Part shown: piece after piece, positions 26,110 to 38,857 of the stretch
Numbering within the stretch: the first letter of the stretch is position 1
Layout of the letters: every line of letters starts with the position of its first letter
Source: Marsupella aquatica
Taxonomy: Eukaryota > Plantae > Marchantiophyta
DNA length: 64,000 nt
Direction: 5' to 3'
NCBI GenBank assembly: GCA_973895155.1
Contig: OZ316895.1
Location: forward strand, 16,286,170-16,350,169
The notes under the pieces: model-generated
Told to the model about the DNA's origin: nothing
Databases searched by the model: none
What the model saw: only the letters and a program-made list of their open reading frames with translations
Program-made: the position numbers and the translations under genes

Positions 26110-28671
26110 TCAAGCCGTATCGATGACCATGGGATCTGCCACAACAACAGCATCTGAAGAAGTGGGAGCCAATCTTGACGTTCCTGTCTCCAGATCCCCC
26201 GGGTTCTTTTGCTCTTCTTCGATCGTACTCTGCAAATCATCAACCTGTAAAGGAACAAACGAGTTCCCTCCATTGAGGGTTTCGATTCAATTCACCTTTT
26301 AAGATGAACAGGATCTGTAAATTGCAGTATAGCTCAACAAACCTGAAACTTCAGGAACCAAAAGGAAAGCCCGAACGGAAATCCAGCCCACAAATCACAG
26401 GAGACACCTACCACGTGCAGAAGAAGTGAAAACTGTTTCTTCCGAATGTCCAGAGTTCTTGCAGCGGCAGTGTTTTCTGCCTCCAGGGCTACGAGCTCCT
26501 TCTCTAATTCATTCAGGGCCTTCTGAGTTTCTGAACGAGGGGGCTGGGCACCAATTAATCTTCTAATAGCTTCACATTCTTCTTTATGCTGTCTTTCAAT
26601 TTTGCCCTCCTCAAGTTGGACTTTAAGATCTTCAATATCATCTTGAGCCTACACCACAGTGGAAATCACTTGTGTTAGATAGACTTATCCCAAGAACTGC
26701 TACCTAATAGGTAAGAAGAACGAAGAACCCTAGAAAATAGCCAGGAAGCTGTCAAGTGGTGCAAGAGTCAAGATGGAGAAAATGACCTGAGCGATTTGCT
26801 TGTCTAGCTCTGTTTCAAGTTTCTTGAAGCTTTCCTGCTCGCGCTTATTAGCATCGATAACCGCCTTGGTCTTAATAAGGGGGAGCTCAAAAGTACTCAG
26901 CTCTTGCAGAAATGATTTGTATAATTTTTCACACTCTGAGTAATTATCAGAATCTTTATCGACTTCACCAGCAAACGTGATGAACTTCTTCAGTAGCTTT
27001 TTCAATGGTGGTTCTCCCCTAGTAGTAGTTGTTCGAGTCAACAGCCGCTGTCGGATGACACCATCATCCTCAGAAGCACTAATAGCATAATGAGCGGCCA
27101 TGTCTTCTCTTCTCTCACTAGCCTTTCTGGGCTTCGCACTTACTCTATTAACTGGAAATCATAAGCAGCACAAAAGGACATAATGAGAATGTCTGCAACG
27201 AATTCCTCACAATCTTACTCTCTGCTCATCGACCGATGGATGCAAGCAAAGCAAACAAATCACAGAAACTTGAAATGAAAAGGTTCCACCAAGTAATGCA
27301 CAGCATCGATGGAATTGATTTACAAATAGAACTCGCCTACAAATGAAGACTTTTCTGACAGTCCTGAAGACTGCGCCAAAGATCATGACGACGAGAGTCT
27401 ACAGAAGAATCAAGTTCGGGGGGAATAAATTCAATTTTGGGTAAGAAAAAGGGCCTCCGTTGCCGAGTTGTGATGATTCACTGCTGACAATGTCGTAATG
27501 TTGCAGGAACAATGAATCTGTGGAACAGAGCTAGAGAAATGGACACTGGGTACACGGAAAACACGATGCGGCGTAAAAGCCGAGAACAGGGCCACGTCTT
27601 GCAGTAATCACAAACCTACAGTTCTCTTGTCACAAACAATGCTCGAGTCTGGCGAAAGTCTAGGAATTTTATGGTTGTCTGTGAAGGTCAAGCACCCACC
27701 CACTTCTGTCGCCGACTGCCTTCCAATCCCCCAATTGTGCACGGTGCTTCGGCATTGCTTGAGCGTTTGGCAACTCGCTCTCAGTTAAGAAGCCCGAACT
27801 GCAACTTTCCGTTCCCCACAAATCCTCTCTAATGTGAGAAATCCTGAAAGTCCAACCTCTCATACATCTGTACTCTGCCTCTTTCAAAGAGATGGTACGA
27901 GAGGGCAGGCTTTCCAAGTTTTATCATACAAGATCATCCATGACCTGTGAGAAGTGCAGCTTCTATCCATGGCTGTGAGAGTGCTAGTTGCCACACGTGC
28001 AAGCATATCCACACACAAGCATCTCACATCAATCGGTTCCAAAAACGAAAAAGATGAACAAAATAGAAAACAAAATAGAAAACAAAATAAAATTACACAA
28101 ATTTGTCGACTACATTTCTCCAGCTAGTTTTGTCCGCATTCCAAATGCCATACTGCAAAAAGACACAACTACCGAGCTTCTGCTACTAATTGAACTTAGA
28201 TGGCAATCGAATGCCAAGTCCTCTTCACCTCTCTACTCTACAGCACAATTGGTCAAGACTTTCGAGAACGAAATGGAACATTGCTGACGAACTCTTCGTG
28301 AACAACATCGTCCACACCTTCATTCTAGAAAGCGTAGGTTTAAGTCCAATTTAGGGCACATAATCCACCCGCCATTCCTCACCAATACCTTCCAGAGAGA
28401 AACCCATCCATCCAGCCATACGAAACGGTCCATGACCAGAACTTCAGACCAACAAGAGGCGACCCAGTAAAACCAGGATGACTCTCAAGCATTAGGGCGG
28501 ATGGCAGAGAGAGCTCACGGCATTCCATGACGCAGCCCCCCAAAATTGCAAGAACTTGGATGAGAGGGGGAAAAGCCTGATGAGGGGCCCGTTCTTACCG
28601 GCATTCAAGGCGCGCGCCGATTGGGTGGTGGCTTCCGGAGGCGAGGACGGCGAATTTGTGGCGGCTTCCAT
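26110..28671 (-). CDS. THO7: THO complex subunit 7 (Thoc7/Mft1 family), 4 exons, ~269 aa
   Basis: Conserved plant motif [29 protein letters not shown] and coiled coil [12 protein letters not shown]...PPRSETQK...[16 protein letters not shown]. Exons 28671-28599 (inferred from a phase-1 match), 27151-26787, 26648-26412, 26244-26110. Alternative start is the ATG at 27101. Confidence 0.92.
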
Positions 28672-29014
28672 GTCTACTTGCGAGCACCAGAATTCTCCTC
28701 TGTCTCCCCGTCCCTCCGAGCTTTTCCTGCCTTCGTTACGTAAAGCCTCTGCATCTTGCTTCGTGCCTTCGGTTCCGAATGAAGGAAGCAAACCACACTT
28801 TGGAATGAACCTCTTTTCCCATATCCCGAGTAAAATTGTCATTTCATTTCAATATGCTCCCCTGGGATCATACTTTGAGTATCTCACTAGGATAAGATTG
28901 TGGGAACTCCAAGGGTGAGGTTCCATGCACCGAGGGCGAGGAGTCCCTCTCCCACTCCCCGGACATTTTATATGGTCCAAATTGGCATGATGGCTTGCCA
29001 TGCACCTATGGTAA

Positions 29015-29621
29015 GAGCATCTCAACTTGTTGTGGGGAATGCCTGGGAGCAGCAACTTTAAGGAGAGGTGCTCACTAAAGCTCTTTTTGAATCTCCACCG
29101 GGCAGTAAAAAATTGAAGTCCCCGCCCCCAGCCCACCAGAAGTGCCCTGTGCCCTCCCTCGTGCCAGAACTGGCAAATCAGGCCATGTAGTAGCAGCCCC
29201 CCACCCAGTCTTGCCAAATTGGATCAGCAGCACTGAATGTCCCTTCTCAAGACATGCACACAGCCATATTGAAAAAGAATGATGGCAGAACACACTGTGG
29301 AGTGCAGTGAGCAATGACACAAAGTTCGAGCCACCCTAGGTTTCACACTTCCATGGTAGCCTCAGAATGGACCTAGGTTGAAATACAGCAGGAGGGGGTC
29401 TCAGAACTCAAATTTTGATGGAACTTAATTTTGTGATTTAGGTTTGGAAGAAAAAAAAGTTATGGACTACCAAATTCATAATCCATAACTATTTGTCACG
29501 AATGGTCACATGCCATGACTAGGGTACTGAAAAACAGAACAAAAAATAACTTTTACACAAGGGCTGTGAAAAAACTATGGCCATTTGTTTGTGGCCATCA
29601 CTTTGAAGCTTTGAGATGCCC
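29015..29621. mobile_element. Tourist (PIF/Harbinger) MITE with TAA target-site duplication
   Basis: TAA|GAGCATCTCAA ... TTGAGATGCCC|TAA; a 3-bp TWA TSD is typical of PIF/Harbinger; lies ~350 bp upstream of the inferred THO7 start. Confidence 0.75.
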
Positions 29622-30202
29622 TAATAGACAGCTTATGTGGTTGACGGTAGAGTGCTATGGTGCTCTCCCCTTTGCTGTTTCCAGTAGGTGAGCAAAGTGA
29701 AATGACCCCTGACTCGGGTCATTAAAAACCTGCAAACCTTTCATTTCCCCATTCCCATGCCAAATGGCCTTGGACCAAACTCCTGTGAAACTACATCCTG
29801 TTAATGCCTCTTGCCTTTGGGATGTTTTTACTAGTTTGACCTTTTTTGTAAAACAATTGATTGTTCTGCTAAGAGGCTTGTCTGCTACAAGTACACACAT
29901 ATATTATTTAGAGACTTAGTTAATACACTAGATGTGGACCATTAGATGATATAGCAGTGGTACACCTTGATCTTTATGTTTCTCTTGTCCTCTTTCTTAA
30001 TTTCCATCACATTATTGTAGGGGTATCTATCTGCACTTTCTACCTCTAAGTACTAGAGGTTTTGGGAGTTTACTTTTTGTCTTCTAGTTTGGTGTTTGTC
30101 TTCCTCTGACCTCTTTTGCCTTGACTCCAGTGTACTTTGTTCAGTTTGTAATTGGTCCACTTGCTTTGCGGGCCTGATATATCTGGTTTTGTTATACCCT
30201 AA

Positions 30203-30899
30203 CTAGACTCCATGGTTACCTTAACCATAGTTACCATATAGGATAACTCGGACGGAGACTATATATAGAGATGCACCCATTCATTCTATAGAGAGGAATC
30301 TCATTATCATTTCCTGCATCATTCCTCAACAGGATTAACTATGTTTGCATCTTTTCTCCCACCGCAGAATCGGTACACTACCCCACAATATTTGTACTCC
30401 CACCTTAAATTAATTTTCCATTACCAAAAGAATTACCAAGAACTTCGTACTTAGTGAGTCAAGTAGTCAACCTAGACCATGAGTCTTCACAAGTATCCAC
30501 ATCATGGAAGTGGGTTATATATCCACTAGCCCCGACTACCCATTCTTTGAACGTGAATAGCGAAGAGGACAATAAAAAAATTATCAAAAAATATTTTTTA
30601 TTCATTAATATTCTTTAAAAATTAATGAAATGATAATATATTATTTTCCTGTATCTGCACATCAGTCTTTTTGTGTGCACATCCATCTTCTATGCACATA
30701 TGGATGTTGTGGTGGGGCCATAGTGCTTATATTTTTTGAATGTAATAATTAGAAATTATTATAAAAAATTGGCATGTACATACATCATAGTCATGTTATT
30801 TCTCTCATGCACATGATGACCATAGAGTTACGGTCTAGAGGCTTCACTCTAGACCTAGGCTCTTAATTATAGACTTCAGTTCGCGCTTTTATATTAAGA
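30203..30899 (-). mobile_element. Non-autonomous Helitron-like element
   Basis: Minus strand: A|TCTTAATATAAAAG 5' end, TCTAGAGTGAAGCCTCTAGA motif, 3' hairpin CTATGGTTA-AGG-TAACCATGG followed by CTAG|T. Confidence 0.45.
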
Positions 30900-32479
30900 T
30901 TTGATATCCAGATTTGGTACTTGAATAAATGTATATCAGATAATTGACAAGCATTTTTTTATATTGACTTCCATTTTGCATGCATGTATATATTCTCAAT
31001 GTTGATGTGATTACATATTGAATATTTTAGGGGACCATTATTGATTGGGTGTCATAGAATTGACATCAAATAGTGCTAGAAATTTGCATTAATATATTCT
31101 ACAATAAACAACATCAAATGACCCACTAGTCCAAATTTGTGATCCATAGCAATCGACCAAAGAATTCTAGATACCCGGACCTTGACCAAACTCCGACTTT
31201 TGGGCAAACTTTACCGAGGGAGATTTTGGTTTGAGATGGGGCATGATACCTGCCTGAGGGTTAACTCAGTATCATCGAATTTTCAAATTTGTTTGTTTTT
31301 TCAAGGACACCTTTGAATTTGGGCACTATTTTGGGCACTGACCCCCCCCAGTAGTAGGTGGTAGCATATTTTGGGGTAGTAGGTGGTAGCATATTTTGGG
31401 GATGACAGATTTCTGATAAATCTGACCCAATCTCCACAGAACAGCTGGTTTGAGAATCCCCTATTAGTGTAGCAGATAAAGTGCAGGAGCCATTCATGCT
31501 TATTAAATTTAATTTCGAAGTACCTATATCTTGCTTCCAGTACTATAGCAGATAAACGATAGGAGCCCTTCATGTTCGTTACTAAGGTGAATGCTCAATC
31601 AAATGCCATGTTTGCATGAAAGAATTTGAGGCAATTGAAATCGACGATAGCTACAGTAAAGTTGAACGAAGCCAGAAAAGGCCTCCCAGAGACGAGGAGT
31701 GTGACAGACGTTCCTTGACTTTACTCTCGTCGAACGACTGAATGATGCTGATGGGTGTGGACAGCGAGAGAAGATTGAGAAGAATATTCAATGTTTCTGC
31801 AACAGTCAATGCTGCCGTCTACACTGTAGAGCAAGGGAGACTAGAAATGCGTCGAGCACGGGGAAAAGTGGAATGGAACCACTTTGAATCATAAAACGCA
31901 CTTCAGCACTGAACTAGAGCGCCGGCAAAAGCGCTGAGCAGATTGGTCCAAATGTCACATCCCTGATCCAGGACTGTGAGCAATCATGGCGGCGGATTTA
32001 CCAGTCAGTGTCTTTTGATGAGATCAAAGGAGCTAGAGGATGCTGTGATTTGCCATTCAGTTCTTCAGAAGTTAGCAAGGGAGGCGGTGTCCTCTAAATG
32101 AGTGAGAACGAGAGAGCAGAGGGGTCCTCATGATAAAGTAGCTGTGACAGAACATTTCGTTGCTGCCAACTTGCGGAGAATTGCGTGTTTGCGTGTCGGG
32201 AGATGGATTCGGGGATCGACCGGATCATCATTCTGTAGAAACACCGAGTACAGTAGCTGGCACAACAAGACGTCGGAAGCTTGGCTCCGGAATCTCCAGC
32301 CCCATTCAACTTGCACGGTCTTGGATGGAGGCCTACGACATCTCGCTGTATATGTTGACCTTTTAAATTGCATGATGTGTTTGTTATTTTCAATTCTCGC
32401 TGATGGTTAGCTAGAAGTAAGGTTCACGATCACGCCCGAGGTCACTGCTGAGACCGTGCTCTTTCACATCAAAATAGAG

Positions 32480-35111
32480 ATGACGAGGATGGAGATTGGG
32501 AGTAGTAGCAGTGCTCGTGATTCTTCGGAAGCGAGGAAAGATTGGGTGGTATTTATCCAGGACGGCTTAAACAAGCACGCGCAGAACAAGAGGCCAAGGC
32601 CAAAGCCCGAGAACATCATGCGTCGAGTGCGGCGGAACCTGAGGGAGCTTAAACCAGAGCACTACGCGGCGTCGGATTTCTCCTTCGGCCTCTTTGACAG
32701 ATCATCATTAAACGGACAGCAGGCGATAGGCGAAAAATGCAAGCTATTGTATGCTAGTGCAGTCCTCAGAGCCATGGGCCTGACTGAAGACGATTGGGAG
32801 CAATTTTGCGAACATGTAGTGCCAGACCCGAAAGAAACACAGGATATGTACGATGAGCTGGAGCGTGAGTCCCTCTCTTTGCGCGAAGTGCAAAGCGTGT
32901 TGACTCTAGACGCCGTTTTCCTAGCTTGTGTTTTGGGATTGTATTTCGACTCAGGTTTCGCTACTCCCTTCTTCCGGGTGCTCGATACGCCCTCAATTAT
33001 TGACTCGTATACTGACGAAAGAATAGCAACAGAACTCCTGCCTGACCTCTTCAAGGTGGAGAACCAAGTTCCGCTGTCTCTGATTCACACCGTGCTGCTC
33101 AGTTTGTGGAGAGCTTTTTCACAACATCGTAGCACATCAGACGACGTTATCTCGATGGAGTTGGAAACGAACAAGACCCTTGAGGAGGTAGTAAGCGCTC
33201 ATGCAGAGGAGACGTTGCGCATGATTTGTGTACTCGCCGTGGGCATGGCAGGGCTTGCCTATTTGCCAGGGTTTGATTTCGGACATTACAACACGTCTAT
33301 CCGATCGGTCGGTGCAGACAGAACGTGGTTTCCATTCGTGAAGTGCAACAATCTTCTCGACTGCCTGTACCGTTGGACGTGCGAAGGCTGGGACCCAAGT
33401 CTGGAAGACGAACCTTCGAGCATGATCCCCAAAGAAACAACTCTGCCCTGGTCGACAGAAGTGATACAAGGACTTCTCCCAGTACCCTTGCCCTCTGTGT
33501 CCGAACTTCGGAAAGCTGGCATCAAGTTTCAAGGATGCAAAGGTACCATAGATCGTTCATTCTTCTCTTTGGAGCTTTTTGTGGAAAGGATGCAAAGGTG
33601 CCATAGATCGTCTATTCTGCTCTCATTTTCTTTCGAAAGGATGCAAAGGTCCCATACATCGTTCATTCTTCTCTTGGTTTCTTTCGAATGGATGCAAAGG
33701 TACCGTAGATCGTTCATTCTTTTCTTTCTTTCCAAAGGATGCAAAGGTACCCTAGATCGTTCATTCTTTTCTTTCTTTCGAAAGGATGCAAAGGTACCAA
33801 AGATGGTTCATTCTTCTCTTTCTTTCTTCGAAAGTATGCAAAGATACCATAGATCATTCCTTCGTCTCTATCTTTCTTTCAACCCTCCCTGAAACTTCGT
33901 TTCTGGTAACTTTCTTGGATGCAAAGGTACCATAGATCTCTCAGTCGTTTCTTTCTTTCTTTAGCTCAATTGTGACCATAAAATGCAGGACACTTCCACC
34001 GCATTGAATTCAAGGAACAATTGTTGAAGGGCACACTACATCTTCCCATGATCGTTGTGGATGAGAGTAGTGAGGAATTCTGGAGGAACTTGGTGGCTTA
34101 CGAGGACATACTATGGAGATCAAAAGAAAAGCCCAAGTATTACAAACATGCCTTCACAAACTACCTTGACTTCATGGACAGATTGATTGACGACTCCAAT
34201 GATGTAAGTTCCTTGACTTTCTTAAATCTCTATGCACTTAATCAACATTGCCTGTGGTTTAGTATTGATTTTTTATGCTTTGTGGGCTCAAAATGTCCAC
34301 ACAAAGTATTAAAGAACTTCAGAATTAATTGAGTCTTACAAATTATATGGGTTGGAGCATTTAAGTTAGAACCATCAAGTATGGTGTTGATATGATGTAC
34401 AGACCTCAACAGTTGTACCAATAACCAGCAGAAAGGAAGTGAGATATGTATACCAAAAAGTTGAAAGAGAGATTAAATTCAAACTCTTCGGTAGCACAAC
34501 TAAACACATTTATTTATTTATTAACCTGATAAAGACTTGAATCAGGGACAAAAGGCATGAAGTAATATGACCAAACCAACCAGTCTAGCTAACAATTTTG
34601 GGTAGACGTGCCTCTAAATTAAAGTTCATTCACTCTTTTGGTGCTTAACATGTACATATAGCTCAAATGAAAGTGGATTGCCAAACATGAAAAGTATAAA
34701 GTCTTATACACAAATTTACAACCTGCCTATGAAATGCTGTCAAAATAACTAAAGTTGTGATTTGAGTTACAGGTCATGCTGTTGAAATCAACAAACCCCC
34801 CAACAATACTTGCACAAGGACTTGGAACCGATGAGGCTGTGGCACACATTTTCAACAGTACAGTGATTCAAAATTGTTTGGTGGGGGAGATTGAGGGAAG
34901 TGACAAGTGGAAACAGCTTCATCGACAACTCTATGACTTCTACAACCAAAGTTATAGGCGTCCATATGTGGATTTCATGGAAACCTATTGTGGCACACCA
35001 TGGGTGGTGATTTCTTTGATAACTGGCTTTATCTTACTCACCTTGACTGTCCTTCAAACATATTATACAATATACCCAAATCCAGAATCTCAACCATATG
35101 GAGAAATCTGA
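32480..35111 (+). CDS. DUF247 / UPF0481 family plant protein, 3 exons
   Basis: Family motifs LTLDAVFL, DLFKVENQVP, LPSVSELRKAGIKF, GTLHLP..VDESSE..WRNLVAYE, FTNYLDFMDRLID...DV, and C-terminal TM TPWVVISLITGFILLTLTVLQTYYT. Exons 32480-33542, 33989-34203, 34773-35111 are phase-consistent. Confidence 0.93.
33531..33945 (+). repeat. ~50-bp minisatellite (8 copies) spanning the exon 1/intron 1 junction of the DUF247 gene
   Basis: GGATGCAAAG|GTACCATAGATCGTTCATTCTT-like units recur at ~33533, 33588, 33639, 33690, 33737, 33784, 33834 and 33917. Confidence 0.9.
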
Positions 35112-36138
35112 AGAAACTATGAGCACTAGCGGCAACTTTGGGATGATATGAGGGACTCTCTGCATTTTGCTTTTTTGGTTGGAGTCAAAGGTTTAATACA
35201 AGAAGTTGATGCTCAGATGGACGGAAACATTTGATCTCAAGACTCCAATAGACCAAGCACTTTTTAACACCCAAATCATGAGCATTTTCACAAAATAAAG
35301 CACTTAAAAATATATGTTGTGATGTTTCAAAACAGTCCATGATTTTGCTAGTCCAGCCAAGCACCTTGTACCTTTCTTTAGTCCATTTAAGCATCTTGTC
35401 AACATTGTAATCTAGGGCCATCTTAGCGCCTTGCAAGTTTTGTGAGTCCATTCAGCTATCTTGTTTATAGAGAAGTTATGGTTCCTTTCAGAGGAGTGTC
35501 TAAGCTGGACCCGATGAAGCAGGTAGTTGCTACTGGAAAGCTTGATCATCACCAGCTTCCACCCTCCTAGCCGTCTGAGATATTTGAAAGATTCGGTCAT
35601 CAGTTTGATAGGCTCCTTTGACAGACAGCTCAAGAAGTTCATGCACGGGTTGGCTCCATAGGCCTACTGCTAACCGTTTTGAAAATGCACTTCTGTCAGC
35701 AGGTTGTAAGTTACTACATGCTGAAGCCTGAGCAATCCATTATAGACTGCTAGCAGTGGGTACTAATGTGCAAACCCTTAGAGGACGTCAATGTGCTGCT
35801 TAGTGGACATTGATGTGCAAACTTAGTTACAACTCTACATGCATGTGGACCCTCTTTCTAGACTGTTCACCGTAATTGGCCTTATCTTTGAATTAGCATT
35901 TATCCATAATTAACCTTGGCCAACTTAATTTGAGAGTGAGGCCAGCTTCAGCAAAAAATAACAGTAGTCAGGGTGGGTTTTCTTGTTAACTCTATTTTGG
36001 GTTCCAATTCCATGACATAGTGTAATTTCTGTTTCACAGTCCTAGGGTTCCTGCCCTGTTGCAATCTGTGCTTTTATTGTCTCTTGCTCAGGATGTTGTC
36101 ATGATGCAAACATGTGCATGTGTTGAGGAAAACCGGTG

Positions 36139-36160
36139 ACACACACACACACACACACAC
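36139..36160. repeat. (AC)11 microsatellite
   Basis: Read directly from the sequence. Confidence 0.9.
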
Positions 36161-37898
36161 AAGATACATGGTTCGTCTTGGCCAAGGTTATGTTCACAGC
36201 AATACAAGAGTTTTACTAAGATTTGGCCACCATAGCCAAACCAAGCCTCCTTGTACAAGCTCTAAGATTGCTAGCCTAGCTCTTCCAAGAATGAGCATGA
36301 GTCTCATACTTCCTTGCTCCCCTGTATGTTACCTACATTGTTGCGACTAATCCTCATTAAGTCCCTAATGTCGATTAGACTAAGAGAGGTTAACCAAGAC
36401 TAAAGAATGAACTTTGAAATGTGTCTCCCTGGATTGTTTCCATTGATTTTTGTGGGGCCATATTACATTTCAAAAAGTGTCATGCACAAATGGAATTAAT
36501 ATTACCCCAATGTTACTTGATACGTACTATTAGTGACATTAGGCCATAATTAACGTTGGTTACTTTAATTGAAGCATAACAGCTAAATTTTGGGTAACAC
36601 AAATAATGTTACCAAGAGAAATGAGTGTGACCAATGTAGGTTTTGGGGGGTTGCATTCTCCCTTTTCTTTGGACTGTGGTGTTTATGTTCTCTCTATCTG
36701 TGTTGCTTTTGTTCCATTGTACTTTGTTCTGCCCTTTTTCAGTAAATTGGTCCTTTTCTTCTCCTTGCATGAATAGGCATGACATGAGGCGTGCATACTG
36801 TGGACAAACCTACACTAACCCTGAAGGCATTGTGGGTCATAATGCCCTGAAAATCAGGGCTAAATACTCAACTTTAGAGAGTATCATTGCTCTGGTAACA
36901 GGACTACAATACACTGGTAACAAACAGGACACTAATACACTTAGAGGTGTAGGAGATTTTTATATTTTGACTATTTTTAGTAAAAAGTAAAGGAGAAGTT
37001 TCAATTTTGAACCAATCTAAATCTTGATTGTGCATTCTTTTTTCCATAAATGCACCAAAAATTACAAAGATTAAGTGGATCCAAATCTTGACCCTAAATC
37101 TTCCCAGCCCTGGCTTGAAGTATGGCAATGGCAGGTAATGTAGCAGCAATCAGGGCACCAATGGAAGCTTGATTGTGTAGGCAGCGATGGCAAGAAAGGT
37201 ATCCACGTACATAGCAATGGCAAGAAAGGTAGCCAGTCCGAGAGGTCCTGCTGCTTAAAGACCATCTAAGTTGAGACTTGACCTGAACCCATGCTATCGC
37301 ATGCCAACACGTGTCCATTTTGAGTAAACTCACCTAGCTTTATTAAACCTAGTTGGACTTCACTGATATTAGTTTTCATCTAGACTTTGGGATAACCAGA
37401 GCTCAAACTCTTCAAACTCTTGTTGACATTTCGTATGTGTCTAATGCCTTCAAAAAATATATCACGAAGGTCATGGATAGGGACTCGAGCTTTCACCTCC
37501 AGTGTGCAGTGTGGGTGCAGGTTTGACGGGTTAGGGCACTGAGCATGGTCAGAGACGCGATGGAATAAAGTATCGAACGGGAGAATTGCTGAAGCAGACT
37601 GAATTGGATTTCATCAGTAACGGTCCCGGAATTCATCAAGATTAATTGCAAATCTACCAAGGACTACTTTGTATCAATATCAATCCATTGATTTCGATGG
37701 CGTGGGAACAATGTCCCGGGAATTGATGGACGAAGAATTGGTATACTGCTGTACTGGTGATCTTCTTCGAGAAGTCCATACTGTCGGAGCGTCGTTTCTT
37801 TGATCGTGTGCAGAGTTCCATTGTCTGGCAAATGGAATTTGAATCTGTGTACTTTTGAGAGGACTTGTTGGAAGTGGAAAAAGGGCACCCATCTGTCC

Positions 37899-38857
37899 AT
37901 GGCTACCACAACGACCAATGGCACTGCCAAAGCGGTAGCCGCCGAGCGGAGCGTACAAGTTATCACAACCGCTGCTAATCTCATGCGTCTTGTCAAGGAG
38001 TCCTCACATTCCGAGGTCCGTTCCTTCCTGTGCTCTGTCTTCTGTTTGCAAAGTAGCGTGTGGTTGATTTCGGATGTCATTCTCATGTACGCTTTTGATT
38101 GAACGTTTGTGCGTGGTGTTGGCATAGATGGTCGCGCAGTTGCCTAAGGATCTGGCTGCAAAGGTTCCTAACATTAGGAGTACAGGAAAAGTGAGTCATC
38201 TCCTCTTTTGTGGGAAAGTCCTTTTTTTGGGTTTGGAGTCGATTACCTATTCTCTCTAGTCTCTCGAGTTTTCAGCTGTAGGCATTTGAGGTCGGTTCGG
38301 ATTTTCTTCAAGGCACAATTGCTTTATTGTCTAAAACGACTTATTCTCTTCGGAGTAGTGGCACTCTTCTTTCAGTTAGTTGACATCATGTCCTTTTTAT
38401 TTCGACAGCTGTTAGAGCAAATGCCAGCAGTCATTGTTGCTCTGGACACACACGTAGACGATGCAATCAAAAGGTCTGGTTCCTTTGAGCCCGTGGCCCT
38501 TCCTCTGTTATTTTGAATTTTGAATACTGGTCACTTCGAGCTGAACTTTTGCACACCAGTGGTAGATTGTTATCTTGTATTTATTATCATTTTCAGTAGC
38601 TGCATCGTCCGTTTCTTAGTTCTACTCATCATTAACGCCTCAGTTTCTATGTTCCCCTTCTACTGGAGAATCTGTTGTCCTTCAGAAGTCGTTTCTTGCC
38701 ACTTAGGCCCCTGTTGTTTTCAAGAGCAGGGTCGCTTCCTCCGAGATTTGGTCAAGTCCTCGTACGTCTGTTGCTTATCTGCTGAAGTGTAAACAAGACG
38801 TTTTGCAGTGCTTCACAGCTGGAGAGAGTGAGCCACCTTCTTTCATCGGACGGCTGA
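37899..38857 (+). CDS. TOM2B: TOM2B-like protein (tobamovirus multiplication 2B family), 4 exons, 97 aa
   Basis: Exons 37899-38015, 38128-38190, 38409-38473, 38809-38857 splice to MATTTTNGTAKAVAAERSVQVITTAANLMRLVKESSHSEMVAQLPKDLAAKVPNIRSTGKLLEQMPAVIVALDTHVDDAIKSASQLERVSHLLSSDG*, which resembles TOM2B as recalled (LPK.L.AK...TG..L.Q.P.VI..LD.H). Confidence 0.8.

Noticed and set aside
33543-33892. C-terminal part of the 478-aa ORF 32456-33892
   Set aside because: It is read-through into the intron 1 minisatellite; DUF247 similarity resumes in exon 2.
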